The notes: generated by a model from the letters alone, not told the origin. DNA of 64,000 bases from an uncultured Planctomycetia bacterium (GCA_964642015.1 CAZXLF010000006.1:58661-122660), one strand, 5' to 3'; positions 20,553-29,015 are shown, numbered from the stretch's first letter. Numbers and translations: made by a program.

Positions 20553-20653
20553 CAGAGTTATTAATTGCGGGAAAACAGGGGGTTACTAAAGAAGGATTTT
20601 TACGACTTAAAAATGAGGAGGAGAAATTATAAAATTGTTAATCTTTGTGATGA

Positions 20654-21358
20654 TCACTCATCAATTCGAAGACGATAACCCACGCCGGGCTCGGTAAGGA
20701 TGTATCGGGGTCTGTTGGGATCAGGCTCGATCTTATCTCGAAGATTATTGATCGTAACTCTCACAATGTGTGAAGCATTCGGTGTCTGATCGGATTTGTT
20801 CCAAACCTCCTCCAAAAACTGGCGGTGAGTGATCACTCTGCCGGCATTCATCACGAGGATCTTTAACACATCATACTCTGTAGGAGTCAGCCGAACAGGA
20901 CTTTCATTAAGGCTGGCCGTATGCTTGGCGATGTCGATGGAGATCCCGGCCACATTGAAAACTGTTTGTTCATTTCGAGGTGTAAGGCGCCGCATTACGG
21001 CTCTTAGCCGTGCCAGCATTTCAGCGGCGTCGAAAGGTTTGGTCAGATAATCATCGGCACCCGCATCCAACGCGGCTATCTTATCCGACTGATCCTTCCT
21101 GACTGATAAAATAACTATGGGAGTCCTTGATCGCTTGCGGATCTGGCGCGTCACGTCAAGTCCATCCATATCCGGCAGCCCAAGATCCAGAATAATCGCG
21201 TCGGGATGAGATGAGACAGAATTTTCCAAGGCCTCAGCACCGTCAGAAGCCTCAAAGACTTTGTAGCCATTCGAAAGAAGCGTGGCTTTTAAGAATCTGC
21301 GAATGGTTTTTTCATCATCAACCACAAGCACCCGAAGATTATGGGACACATCCATCAT
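20654..21358 (-). CDS. kdpE: OmpR-family response regulator, KdpE-like
   Basis: REC domain (VVDDE...ILDLGLPDMDG...LTKPF) plus a winged-helix C-terminus. Close resemblance to KdpE (ILSVRKDQSDKIAALDAGADDYLTKPF). Confidence 0.75.
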   Translation of the reverse strand: MMDVSHNLRVLVVDDEKTIRRFLKATLLSNGYKVFEASDGAEALENSVSSHPDAIILDLGLPDMDGLDVTRQIRKRSRTPIVILSVRKDQSDKIAALDAGADDYLTKPFDAAEMLARLRAVMRRLTPRNEQTVFNVAGISIDIAKHTASLNESPVRLTPTEYDVLKILVMNAGRVITHRQFLEEVWNKSDQTPNASHIVRVTINNLRDKIEPDPNRPRYILTEPGVGYRLRIDE

Positions 21359-22479
21359 AGCGCCTTCGCCTCCTCCAATGGCATCAATATCGTAATAACA
21401 GCTCCGCCCTCCGGGTTATTGCCGGCATAGATCTCCCCTCCGTGCGCTTCCACGATCCCTTTGCAAATAGATAAGCCGAGGCCGGTCCCTGTTACGCGTT
21501 TCGGATTAACAGCTCTGTAGAATTTATCAAAAATACGTTTCAGATCCTCTTCCGGAATACCGAATCCGCTGTCCTTAATTTCGATCTTCACTTTTTTCTC
21601 CACGAACCTGGCTATAATCTCGACCGGCGTATAGGGTGATGAGTATTTTAAGGCATTATCTAATAAATTCATCAACACTTCCATCATCAAAGTAAAATCC
21701 ATCGGGATCAAGGGTAGATCTTTGGGAATATCCACACGGATCTGGCGTCTTTCTATCTTGTTATTAAGCTGTTGGAGCGAAGCTCGGACAATATCGATCA
21801 GTTCACAAGGCTCGGATCTCACTTTCAGCGTTCCGGCTTCCACTCGCGTCATTTCAAGAAGGTCATTCACCAGATGGTTCAAACGTCCCGAATCCTCATA
21901 CGCCGTTTCTAGGAGCTCTCTTCGGGACTCCTGGGCCTTAAGCGTCGGATCCTGTAGAAGAACGCTCAAAGTGCCCTTGATCGAAACAAGCGGCGTCCTC
22001 AAATCGTGAGAAATAGAATTAAGAAGCGCTGTCTGCAGTTTTTCCGTCTCGCGCATTAATTCCAGCTTACGGGATTCCTCGTCCAGTTTTTTCTGAAGAT
22101 TGTACATCGCGACCGCTTCGGCCTCTCTTTGCCGGGCCTGAATGGCTTGCTCCCTGGCTTTTGCGGCCAAATTGCTCACCACCAACCCCACAGCTAAAAG
22201 ACCGACAAAGGTAAATATATTTCTGACATCCGCGATTCGGAAAGACATATAAGGGGGACTTAAGAAAAAATCGAATGCCACAGCGCTTAAAATAGAGGTA
22301 ACAATGGCAGGGCCTATGCCCCATCGGACTGCCGAGAAAACAACGATCAATAGATATACCATCACAAAACTTGCCGGATCAAAGTTTGCTTTCAGATAAA
22401 TCCCGAAAAGAGACGTGAGGATCACAAGTCCCGCGGCGAAAAAATATTGATAGAAATTGCCCATTAATCTTTTTTGCAT
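21355..22479 (-). CDS. Short-form KdpD-like histidine kinase (TM region plus HisKA/HATPase; no N-terminal KdpD sensor or Usp domains)
   Basis: 4 N-terminal TM helices, H-box SISHDLRTPL, N, G1 and G2 boxes (DNALKYS, DSGFGIP, GTGLGLSICKGIV). 4-nt overlap with kdpE. Confidence 0.7.
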   Translation of the reverse strand: MQKRLMGNFYQYFFAAGLVILTSLFGIYLKANFDPASFVMVYLLIVVFSAVRWGIGPAIVTSILSAVAFDFFLSPPYMSFRIADVRNIFTFVGLLAVGLVVSNLAAKAREQAIQARQREAEAVAMYNLQKKLDEESRKLELMRETEKLQTALLNSISHDLRTPLVSIKGTLSVLLQDPTLKAQESRRELLETAYEDSGRLNHLVNDLLEMTRVEAGTLKVRSEPCELIDIVRASLQQLNNKIERRQIRVDIPKDLPLIPMDFTLMMEVLMNLLDNALKYSSPYTPVEIIARFVEKKVKIEIKDSGFGIPEEDLKRIFDKFYRAVNPKRVTGTGLGLSICKGIVEAHGGEIYAGNNPEGGAVITILMPLEEAKAL

Positions 22480-22538
22480 GAATTATGGTATTTTAACTCC
22501 AAATACTCCACCAACAAGGATAATCCTAAATAACAAAA

Positions 22539-22582
22539 CCCAGTAAAAAGCCGCAAGGAGTTTTTTCCTTGCGGCTTTTTAT
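22539..22582. terminator. Bidirectional rho-independent terminator
   Basis: aaaaagccgcaagga-gtttttt-ccttgcggcttttt: a perfect 15-bp stem flanked by A/T runs on both sides. Confidence 0.65.
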
Positions 22583-22612
22583 ACCCGAAAACCGGAAATG
22601 CGTGATCTTTAA

Positions 22613-23011
22613 TTAGATCGCTTTGATTCCGCGTTCGCCGGAGCTGATACGAACAACATCTTTGACATCATAGACAAAGATCTTTCCATCGCCGGGCTGG
22701 CCGGTCCAGGCAGCTTTGGAAACCGCCTGAATGATCGACTCAAGGTTAGCCTCAGGCACCACGATCTCGAGTCTCATCTTTGGAAGCATTTCCATTCTGA
22801 AACTCGTATCCTCAGACTTCTTGGACAACCCTTTTTGGTTTCCATGGCCTTCAACCTGTGAAACCGTCATACCAAAATAACCGGCTGTCTTAAGCGCCTG
22901 CTTTACGGCGTCGAGCTTTCCCGGCTTGATGATCACTTCAAGCTTTTTAACGGCTGAAGTGCTCTGTCCGGCACCTGTTGAATTATTAGACTTTGTTAAA
23001 ACGTCCGACAT
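22613..23011 (-). CDS. PII-family protein with a 23-aa N-terminal extension and a Tyr-less T-loop
   Basis: LEVIIKPGKLDAVKQAL...GMTVSQVEGHGNQKG...MLPKMRLEIVV...GQPGDGKIFVYDVKDVVRISSGERG. A genuine ATG start and a GGAGG RBS; 34 nt downstream of the permease-PII fusion. Confidence 0.8.
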   Translation of the reverse strand: MSDVLTKSNNSTGAGQSTSAVKKLEVIIKPGKLDAVKQALKTAGYFGMTVSQVEGHGNQKGLSKKSEDTSFRMEMLPKMRLEIVVPEANLESIIQAVSKAAWTGQPGDGKIFVYDVKDVVRISSGERGIKAI

Positions 23012-23045
23012 GATTATTTCCCTCCTCCATCACTTTGATATTCGT

Positions 23046-24974
23046 TTAAAGCGCGTACACGCCTCTTTCGCCGGTGCGGATACGCAAAGCGCTCGATGCC
23101 TCAAGCACGATAATCTTACCATCCCCTATTCCGCCGGTACGCGTTGCCTCTGTGATCACTTCCATCGTCCTATCCACATCCCAATCCCTGACGAGTATCT
23201 CTACTTTGGATTTAGGAAGAAATCGAATCGTGTCTTCCGAGCTGGCGACCCCATTTGTATCACCTTTCTGGCGGCCAAACCCACGCACATCCGTCACGGT
23301 CATGCCCATTACCAGATTGTGCTGTTTGAGCGCTGAGACGATATCACCCAACTGTTCGGGACGGATCACGCAAGTGACCAGTCGAACACGGTAGGTTTTC
23401 TGCAAGCTGGTAACTGCGACATAAAGCAAGCTGATCAAAGCCCAAGCGCCCGCGATCACAAAGCAGATCTTCGCTTCATTTTTGGCATCGGCATTTCCAA
23501 TAATGTAAAGATAGAGAATTGCCCCGGCCATGATAACGTTCGTAATGACTCCGAGCGCAGGAATAATGCCGTGTTTCAAAAGATTAAAATCTTTCCGGCC
23601 TTTGAACGCGACTATTGTCCAAACACAAGTTAGTCCATATAGAATAAAGGTGCCCAAGTTCGAAGCCAGCGTAATTCCAGTCAGACCCACGACTGATCTC
23701 ACACCGACCGCGGCGATCAGTGAAGAAACCACCACTAATACCCAAAGCGCTGTGTGAGGTGTGCTGAATTTTCCGTGCATAAATCCAAGGAATTCGGGCA
23801 ACTCCCTATCCTCGGCCATGCCGCAAGTTACACGAACCGCTGTATTCATACAGCTTAGTGTCGTGCCAACGATCGCAATGGCGACGGTAATAGCTATGGT
23901 GATCATAAAGCCAAAGCCAATACCGGGAAGCACATGATCACCCAAAAGTTTGGCCAAGTCACCGATCGGAGCGCTCGACGCAGCGGCAGCGGCCATTCCT
24001 GTCACTGCGGCTGCGGGAACCGCTGCTACCGCGGGTGTTGTAGCAGTTGCTGCGACTGCGGCCACCGCAGGAGTGGTACCAGTCAATTTCTCACTGAGCA
24101 TAAAACCTGTCGCGAAGTATTCGAAAAGATAAGCAATTGCACCTTGAACAATAAGAGCGAGAATGATGGCTTTAGGAATGGTTGTTTCGGGATTCTTTGT
24201 TTCAGCAGACAAGGCCGTACAGCTCTCAAAACCGACCAAGATAAGAATCGCAACAGTCGATTGTACCAAAACACCTTGGAGCGAATGCGGTTTAACAACA
24301 TCCCAAGCACCACTGAAAACCCACTGAGTAGCATGCTCAGGGTTCGCAAAACGATAATAAATCGCCAAACCGCTGAAAACCACCAAACTCACCCATTGGA
24401 TCACGTTGATCCAAATGTTGGTGACCGTGGATCCTGTCACTCCGCGATAAGCAATGTATCCCGTGGCTAAAGCGAACACTCCACCGATGATCGTCAATTC
24501 CGTATTTGATAATGTTTTGCCGGTAAATTGGGTATAGATGTATCCGATCAATGTTGCCATGAAAGCAACCATAACGCCTGGATAGACCCAATAGAACAGA
24601 TGCGCGGCCCAACCAGTGAAAAGTTTGCTGACGCGGGCGATAGAAGTGGGTCCGTGATCCTTTACTTTACCTTGGCGATCCAAGAAAGCTTTTTCGGCAA
24701 AATATGCGCAGCTCGCAAAACCCGCTTCTGGATAGATCTTCGCGAGTTGAGCATAAGATAAAGCCGTAAGAAATGCGACCGCCAACGCAGCAATAATGCC
24801 GAACCAAATATCGCTGGCTACTGAAGCGCCGCTTGGAGCTGTCGCAGCCGCCTGCAACTGATATGTGATCCACAAAAACGCCCCTGGCGCGATCAACGCC
24901 ATCGCATTCATTGTGGCGCCCATCAATCCCAGGGTCGGTTTTAAGGTTCTTGAACTAACTTCTGTCTGTGCCAT
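23046..24974 (-). CDS. APC-superfamily permease with a C-terminal fused PII domain
   Basis: N-terminal 12-TM APC core (FESCTALSAETKNPETTIPKAII). An internal Ala/Thr/Pro/Val-rich low-complexity insert (TGTTPAVAAVAATATTPAVAAVPAAAV...). C-terminal approximately 110 aa are RVRLVTCVIRPEQL...GMTVTDVRGFGRQKG...FLPKSKVEILV...TGGIGDGKIIVLE...LRIRTGERG, matching GlnB nearly block-for-block but lacking Tyr51. Confidence 0.8.
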   Translation of the reverse strand: MAQTEVSSRTLKPTLGLMGATMNAMALIAPGAFLWITYQLQAAATAPSGASVASDIWFGIIAALAVAFLTALSYAQLAKIYPEAGFASCAYFAEKAFLDRQGKVKDHGPTSIARVSKLFTGWAAHLFYWVYPGVMVAFMATLIGYIYTQFTGKTLSNTELTIIGGVFALATGYIAYRGVTGSTVTNIWINVIQWVSLVVFSGLAIYYRFANPEHATQWVFSGAWDVVKPHSLQGVLVQSTVAILILVGFESCTALSAETKNPETTIPKAIILALIVQGAIAYLFEYFATGFMLSEKLTGTTPAVAAVAATATTPAVAAVPAAAVTGMAAAAASSAPIGDLAKLLGDHVLPGIGFGFMITIAITVAIAIVGTTLSCMNTAVRVTCGMAEDRELPEFLGFMHGKFSTPHTALWVLVVVSSLIAAVGVRSVVGLTGITLASNLGTFILYGLTCVWTIVAFKGRKDFNLLKHGIIPALGVITNVIMAGAILYLYIIGNADAKNEAKICFVIAGAWALISLLYVAVTSLQKTYRVRLVTCVIRPEQLGDIVSALKQHNLVMGMTVTDVRGFGRQKGDTNGVASSEDTIRFLPKSKVEILVRDWDVDRTMEVITEATRTGGIGDGKIIVLEASSALRIRTGERGVYAL

Positions 24975-25059
24975 TTAATCCCCCTTTTTTGTTTCCAATC
25001 CATTCGACTTTCAAATAAAAACCTAACGATTATTTTGATGGGAAAATGATACCTTTGAG

Positions 25060-25088
25060 ATGTTACAGACACATTTCAGACAATTTAA
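25060..25088 (-). promoter_or_regulatory. Conserved motif TCTGAAAT-N4-CTGTAACAT, copy 2, about 85 nt upstream of the APC-PII start
   Basis: See copy 1 at 20526-20552. The downstream flank also shares a TCAT-ATTTT-like extension. Confidence 0.3.
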
Positions 25089-25372
25089 GGGTAGTGAAAA
25101 ATTGAGTTATTAAGATATTATAATTTTAGTTAATATTTTTAAATTATAGTGTTTATTAAATATGCCGCTTGATGACCTGTAAGCTCTTTTTATGTGTCTT
25201 GTTACATTTCAAAGCTCTTATTTTAAGATTTATGAGATCAATTTTTTCTAAATTTTAATAACAAGATGTGTTCTTGGGCAGGGAGTTTTATTACCTATTC
25301 ATCGAGAAAATTAACTTAAGATTTTTCGTGAAATGAATACTTTATCTATAATATCCGTAATCTGAGGGGTAC

Positions 25373-26695
25373 TTAGGCTAGAACTTTACGGTCTTTCAGC
25401 ATGTTATCATAAAATCCGGAAAGCGCTTGATAGAGATGTTTGGCCCTGAAAATTCGCGCCACCATATAACCAATAAGCGCTGAAAGCATGATCGGAAGAA
25501 GCATCTGATGATGTCCGGTCATCTCATAGATGATCACAAATGAAGTAATAGGCGCCTGGATCGCTCCGGAAAGAAAAGCCGCCATACCCATCACGGCGCA
25601 AGTCGCGATAGGTCCGTTTTGCCAAGATGCCGCCCATGCTCCGATAGCTGAACCCATCGATAGACATGGGGCAAAAATACCTCCCGCGATGCCGGACCAA
25701 TAAGTAAAAAGAGTCGCGCCCATTTTGGATGCCGCGAATAAACCTGGCGCGTTCTCGGTAGTCCCGTGCAAATAATTTTGCGCTACCAGATTTCCCGGTC
25801 CCATGATCCCTTTCATTCCGGTAGCAACCGCCAAAAAAAGGACCGCCCAGGCAAGAAACGTGATGAACATATACCGCTTCCATCCTTTTATCGCCATCAA
25901 ACGCCGCCTTCCTTCTACTAGAAACACCGAAAAAAAAGTGCCCCCTGCCCCGCCTATCACGCCAACGATAAGAATCATGATGATAGTAACAGATCCTGGT
26001 TCACTGAGATGTCCAAAATAGATATATTCTCCAGTCAATGTCTTTGCAGCAAGGCCGGCAACAATAATCGCCATTAAAACCATATCCTTGATACTGGCGA
26101 AATAATCCGATGAAAGCTCTTCGATCGCGAAAGTTACCCCTGCCAATGGCGTGTTAAAAGCCGCCGCCAATCCGGCTGCGCCGCCCGCCACCACAGCTGA
26201 ACGCATATTGAACGGCAATTTTAAAACACGGTGCAACGCCAAAGTGATCCCAAAAAACAAACACGCCGCAATATGGACTGTCGGGCCTTCACGTCCCGTA
26301 GAAGCACCGGCCCACAATCCGATCAAGAGAGCTGCTATTTTGATCGCCATCGTCTTGAACGAAACCAGGGGTTTTAAATCCTCAAAGTTCGAATCATTGA
26401 TATGTTTGGCCGCGAAAATAGTCTGCGGGATCCCGGCTCCGTCGGCACAAGGTGCCAAATATCGGATGAGTTCAATGGCCATAACAAAAAGGATGGGTGT
26501 CGTCACCCAACACCATAGCCCTATCCGCTGAGGATCCAAGCGATGGATATATACAAATTCAAAGGCACGCATGAATAGCACACAAACCATGCCTGTTAAT
26601 ACGGCCGCCCCTAAGTATATTCCTAAGCTGAGACCATAACGGTGGGTGAATAATTTCTTATAAAATTTATCGACTATAGCGAATGAGCGGGTCAT
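25373..26695 (-). CDS. ClC-family chloride channel / Cl-/H+ antiporter
   Basis: GAGIPQ (GSGIP-like), GREGP with the gating Glu, GIFAP and Y-containing motifs. Confidence 0.85.
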   Translation of the reverse strand: MTRSFAIVDKFYKKLFTHRYGLSLGIYLGAAVLTGMVCVLFMRAFEFVYIHRLDPQRIGLWCWVTTPILFVMAIELIRYLAPCADGAGIPQTIFAAKHINDSNFEDLKPLVSFKTMAIKIAALLIGLWAGASTGREGPTVHIAACLFFGITLALHRVLKLPFNMRSAVVAGGAAGLAAAFNTPLAGVTFAIEELSSDYFASIKDMVLMAIIVAGLAAKTLTGEYIYFGHLSEPGSVTIIMILIVGVIGGAGGTFFSVFLVEGRRRLMAIKGWKRYMFITFLAWAVLFLAVATGMKGIMGPGNLVAQNYLHGTTENAPGLFAASKMGATLFTYWSGIAGGIFAPCLSMGSAIGAWAASWQNGPIATCAVMGMAAFLSGAIQAPITSFVIIYEMTGHHQMLLPIMLSALIGYMVARIFRAKHLYQALSGFYDNMLKDRKVLA

Positions 26696-26769
26696 TAATT
26701 GTTAATTTTACCATATTTATGTTAAACCGACATTCAATAATTGGGCTATATGGATATTCGCCTGGTATT

Positions 26770-26798
26770 TGACTTTTGAAAGCAAAGGTGTAGAATAC
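26770..26798 (+). promoter_or_regulatory. Sigma70 promoter TTGACT-N16/17-TAGAAT driving the kimA leader
   Basis: Near-consensus hexamers; the predicted TSS at about 26805 leaves a 150-nt leader. Confidence 0.5.
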
Positions 26799-26804
26799 CG
26801 TTTT

Positions 26805-26940
26805 TATTTGCAGCGCCGAACCGGCCATAATATCCGGGCGGGGAACCCAAAGATTTACCGGGGCGAATCACTCATTCAAAGGTGACAGGTATTAAAACTT
26901 TTCGACCTGAGCCCGGCAGCTAACCTCGCAGGCGGACGTA
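26805..26940 (+). ncRNA. Candidate ydaO/kimA-type c-di-AMP riboswitch (cis-regulatory leader)
   Basis: The leader contains CGGGGAACCCA, GGGGCGAAUC and CCCGGCAGCUAACCUCGCAGG. As I recall it, the ydaO consensus has CGGGGnACCCA, GGGGUGAAUC and a B. subtilis CCCGACAGCUAACUCCGG block. It sits directly upstream of a KimA homologue, the classic regulated gene. Confidence 0.5.
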
Positions 26941-26957
26941 AAAGGAGTATTGAAAGC

Positions 26958-29015
26958 ATGTCTTCTGAAAACACTTCCGAGAACGTTCCTCCACCGGCTT
27001 GGTCTAACTTAAAGAAAACGCTTTTCGGCCCAGCCAGAAATCTTAACGATCCGTCGCTAGGCCACAAACTATCATTGATTGCTTTTTTCGCCTGGGTAGG
27101 CTTGGGAGCCGACGGCTTGTCTTCCTCAGCGTATGGACCTGAAGAAGCTTATCGGGCTTTGGGAAGTCACACGTATCTTGCGATATTCCTTGTTCTCGCA
27201 ACAGCCCTTACCGTTTTTGTTATCTCCTACACGTACGGCAAGATCATTGAACATTTTCCGGTCGGCGGAGGCGGTTATATTGTAGCCACAAATCTGCTTG
27301 GAAAACCGGCTGGCGTAGTTTCCGGGTGTGCTCTTTTCGTGGATTATATCCTAACGATCACTGTTTCGATCGCTGGCGGCGGCGATGCGTTATTCAGCTT
27401 GCTTCCGGCGGAACTTCGGCCGTTAAAACTACCGATCGAATTCATCGCGATCATTTTTCTGATCATCATGAACCTGCGCGGCGTCAAAGAATCGGTGACG
27501 GTTCTGATGCCGATATTCCTCACCTTTGTCGCGACCCATTTTATTTTAATATTCGGCGGCATCTTTGCGCACACTTACGATATTCATGCTGTGACTGACA
27601 ATGTGCAGCAGGGTCTTCAGTCAGGCGCTAAAGAACTGGGAATACTTGGCTTGTTCTTGGTCTTTTTGCGCGCCTATTCGCTGGGCGGCGGAACTTATAC
27701 GGGTATCGAAGCTGTTTCCAACGGTGTCAGCATTCTGCGCGAACCGCGGGTCAAAACCGGAAAACGTACGATGCTTTATATGGCGCTATCACTCGCTTTG
27801 ACCGCCGGCGGACTTTTGTTGTGCTACATGTTGGCCGGAGTAAAACCGACCGAAGGCCAAACGCTTAATACCGTTCTTTCGATGCAGCTTTTCTATGGAC
27901 TAAAATGGGGCGCTCTGCCTCTTGGACACTGGTTCGTCCTGGTCACAATATCTTCCGAAGCGATCCTTTTACTTGTTGCGGCTCAGACAGGTTTTATTGA
28001 CGGGCCGCGGGTCCTTTCGAATATGTCTCACGACGGCTGGGTGCCAAAAAGTTTTGCCGCGCTATCCGACCGTCTGACGATGCAGAACGGTATTTTCCTG
28101 ATAGGACTGGCTTCTATCGCTACTTTGGCTTACACCAAAGGGCATATCGGGATCCTCGTCGTCATGTACAGTATCAATGTGTTCGTGACATTTTCTCTTT
28201 CACAGCTAGGCATGATGCGATTTTGGATATCGCACCGCGAGAATGAAAAAAAATGGCTGCGCGAGTTAACGATCCACCTGACAGGATTCATCCTTTGTTT
28301 TTCGATCCTTTGGGTCATGATCGTGGAAAAATTCATGGAGGGCGCATGGATGACACTGATCATCACGCTGCTCTGCATCGCGCTCTGTTTTATCATCAAA
28401 CGCCACTATGATAATGTGCGCCGGAAGATCGTGGAGATCGACCGTGTTTTTTCACATTTACATTCACTGCCCGACGCGCCTACAAAACCCGAATTTAATC
28501 CGGAAAAACCCACGGCCGTGATCCTCGTCGGCGGCTACAGCGGTCTGGGTATCCATATTTTCCTGAACATCTTCCGCCTTTTTCCGAACACGTTCAAGAA
28601 TGTCGTCTTTGTCAGCGTAACAACCGTCGACTCTGATTTTTTCAAGGAAAGCGGCGAACAGCTCCACCATATGAATGAAAAAACGTATGCGATGCTGGAT
28701 AAATATGTCCGTTTTTCAGAGAAAATGGGCATTCCGGCGCGGGCTGAGTACAGCGCAGGCACCGATGTGGTTGAGTCCGTTTCTCAACTTTGCGTGGAAA
28801 TTTCGAAGAAATATTCTCACGCTGTCTTCTTTGTGGGTGAGCTTGTTTTCGAAAGAACCCAGTGGTACCACCGGATCCTTCATAACGAAACCGCGAACGC
28901 CATCCTTCGAAGGATCCGCTTTGCGGGTCTTCCGATGGTGATGATCCCGGCAAGAATTTCGGACAAAAAGATCTTTTCTAAACAGCAGGTGCCGTCTACG
29001 CCTATTTCAGCATAG
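26958..29015 (+). CDS. kimA: KimA-family high-affinity K+/H+ symporter with C-terminal cytoplasmic domain, copy 1
   Basis: Same conserved blocks as copy 2 (FPVGGGGYIVATNLLGKPAGVVSGCALFVDYILTITVSIAGGGDA, TGIEAVSNG, QTGFIDGPRVLSNMSHDGWVPK, C-terminal TQWYHRILHNETA). ATG with an AAAGGAG RBS. Confidence 0.85.
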   Translation: MSSENTSENVPPPAWSNLKKTLFGPARNLNDPSLGHKLSLIAFFAWVGLGADGLSSSAYGPEEAYRALGSHTYLAIFLVLATALTVFVISYTYGKIIEHFPVGGGGYIVATNLLGKPAGVVSGCALFVDYILTITVSIAGGGDALFSLLPAELRPLKLPIEFIAIIFLIIMNLRGVKESVTVLMPIFLTFVATHFILIFGGIFAHTYDIHAVTDNVQQGLQSGAKELGILGLFLVFLRAYSLGGGTYTGIEAVSNGVSILREPRVKTGKRTMLYMALSLALTAGGLLLCYMLAGVKPTEGQTLNTVLSMQLFYGLKWGALPLGHWFVLVTISSEAILLLVAAQTGFIDGPRVLSNMSHDGWVPKSFAALSDRLTMQNGIFLIGLASIATLAYTKGHIGILVVMYSINVFVTFSLSQLGMMRFWISHRENEKKWLRELTIHLTGFILCFSILWVMIVEKFMEGAWMTLIITLLCIALCFIIKRHYDNVRRKIVEIDRVFSHLHSLPDAPTKPEFNPEKPTAVILVGGYSGLGIHIFLNIFRLFPNTFKNVVFVSVTTVDSDFFKESGEQLHHMNEKTYAMLDKYVRFSEKMGIPARAEYSAGTDVVESVSQLCVEISKKYSHAVFFVGELVFERTQWYHRILHNETANAILRRIRFAGLPMVMIPARISDKKIFSKQQVPSTPISA

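Noticed and set aside
20520-20560. Sigma54 (-24/-12) promoter at the shared motif
   Set aside because: No GG-N10-GC spacing in either copy. No NtrC-type bEBP gene is evident nearby.
21355-22479. KdpD-like kinase as a truncated pseudogene
   Set aside because: The reading frame is intact, with TM region, H-box, N and G boxes, and translational coupling to kdpE. Short-form KdpD-like kinases are plausible functional proteins.
23046-24974. Amt-GlnK fusion
   Set aside because: The membrane domain lacks Amt signatures and instead has the APC-family FESxxALSAExKNP-type block and 12-TM organisation. A true amtB-glnK pair exists separately at 17870-19684.
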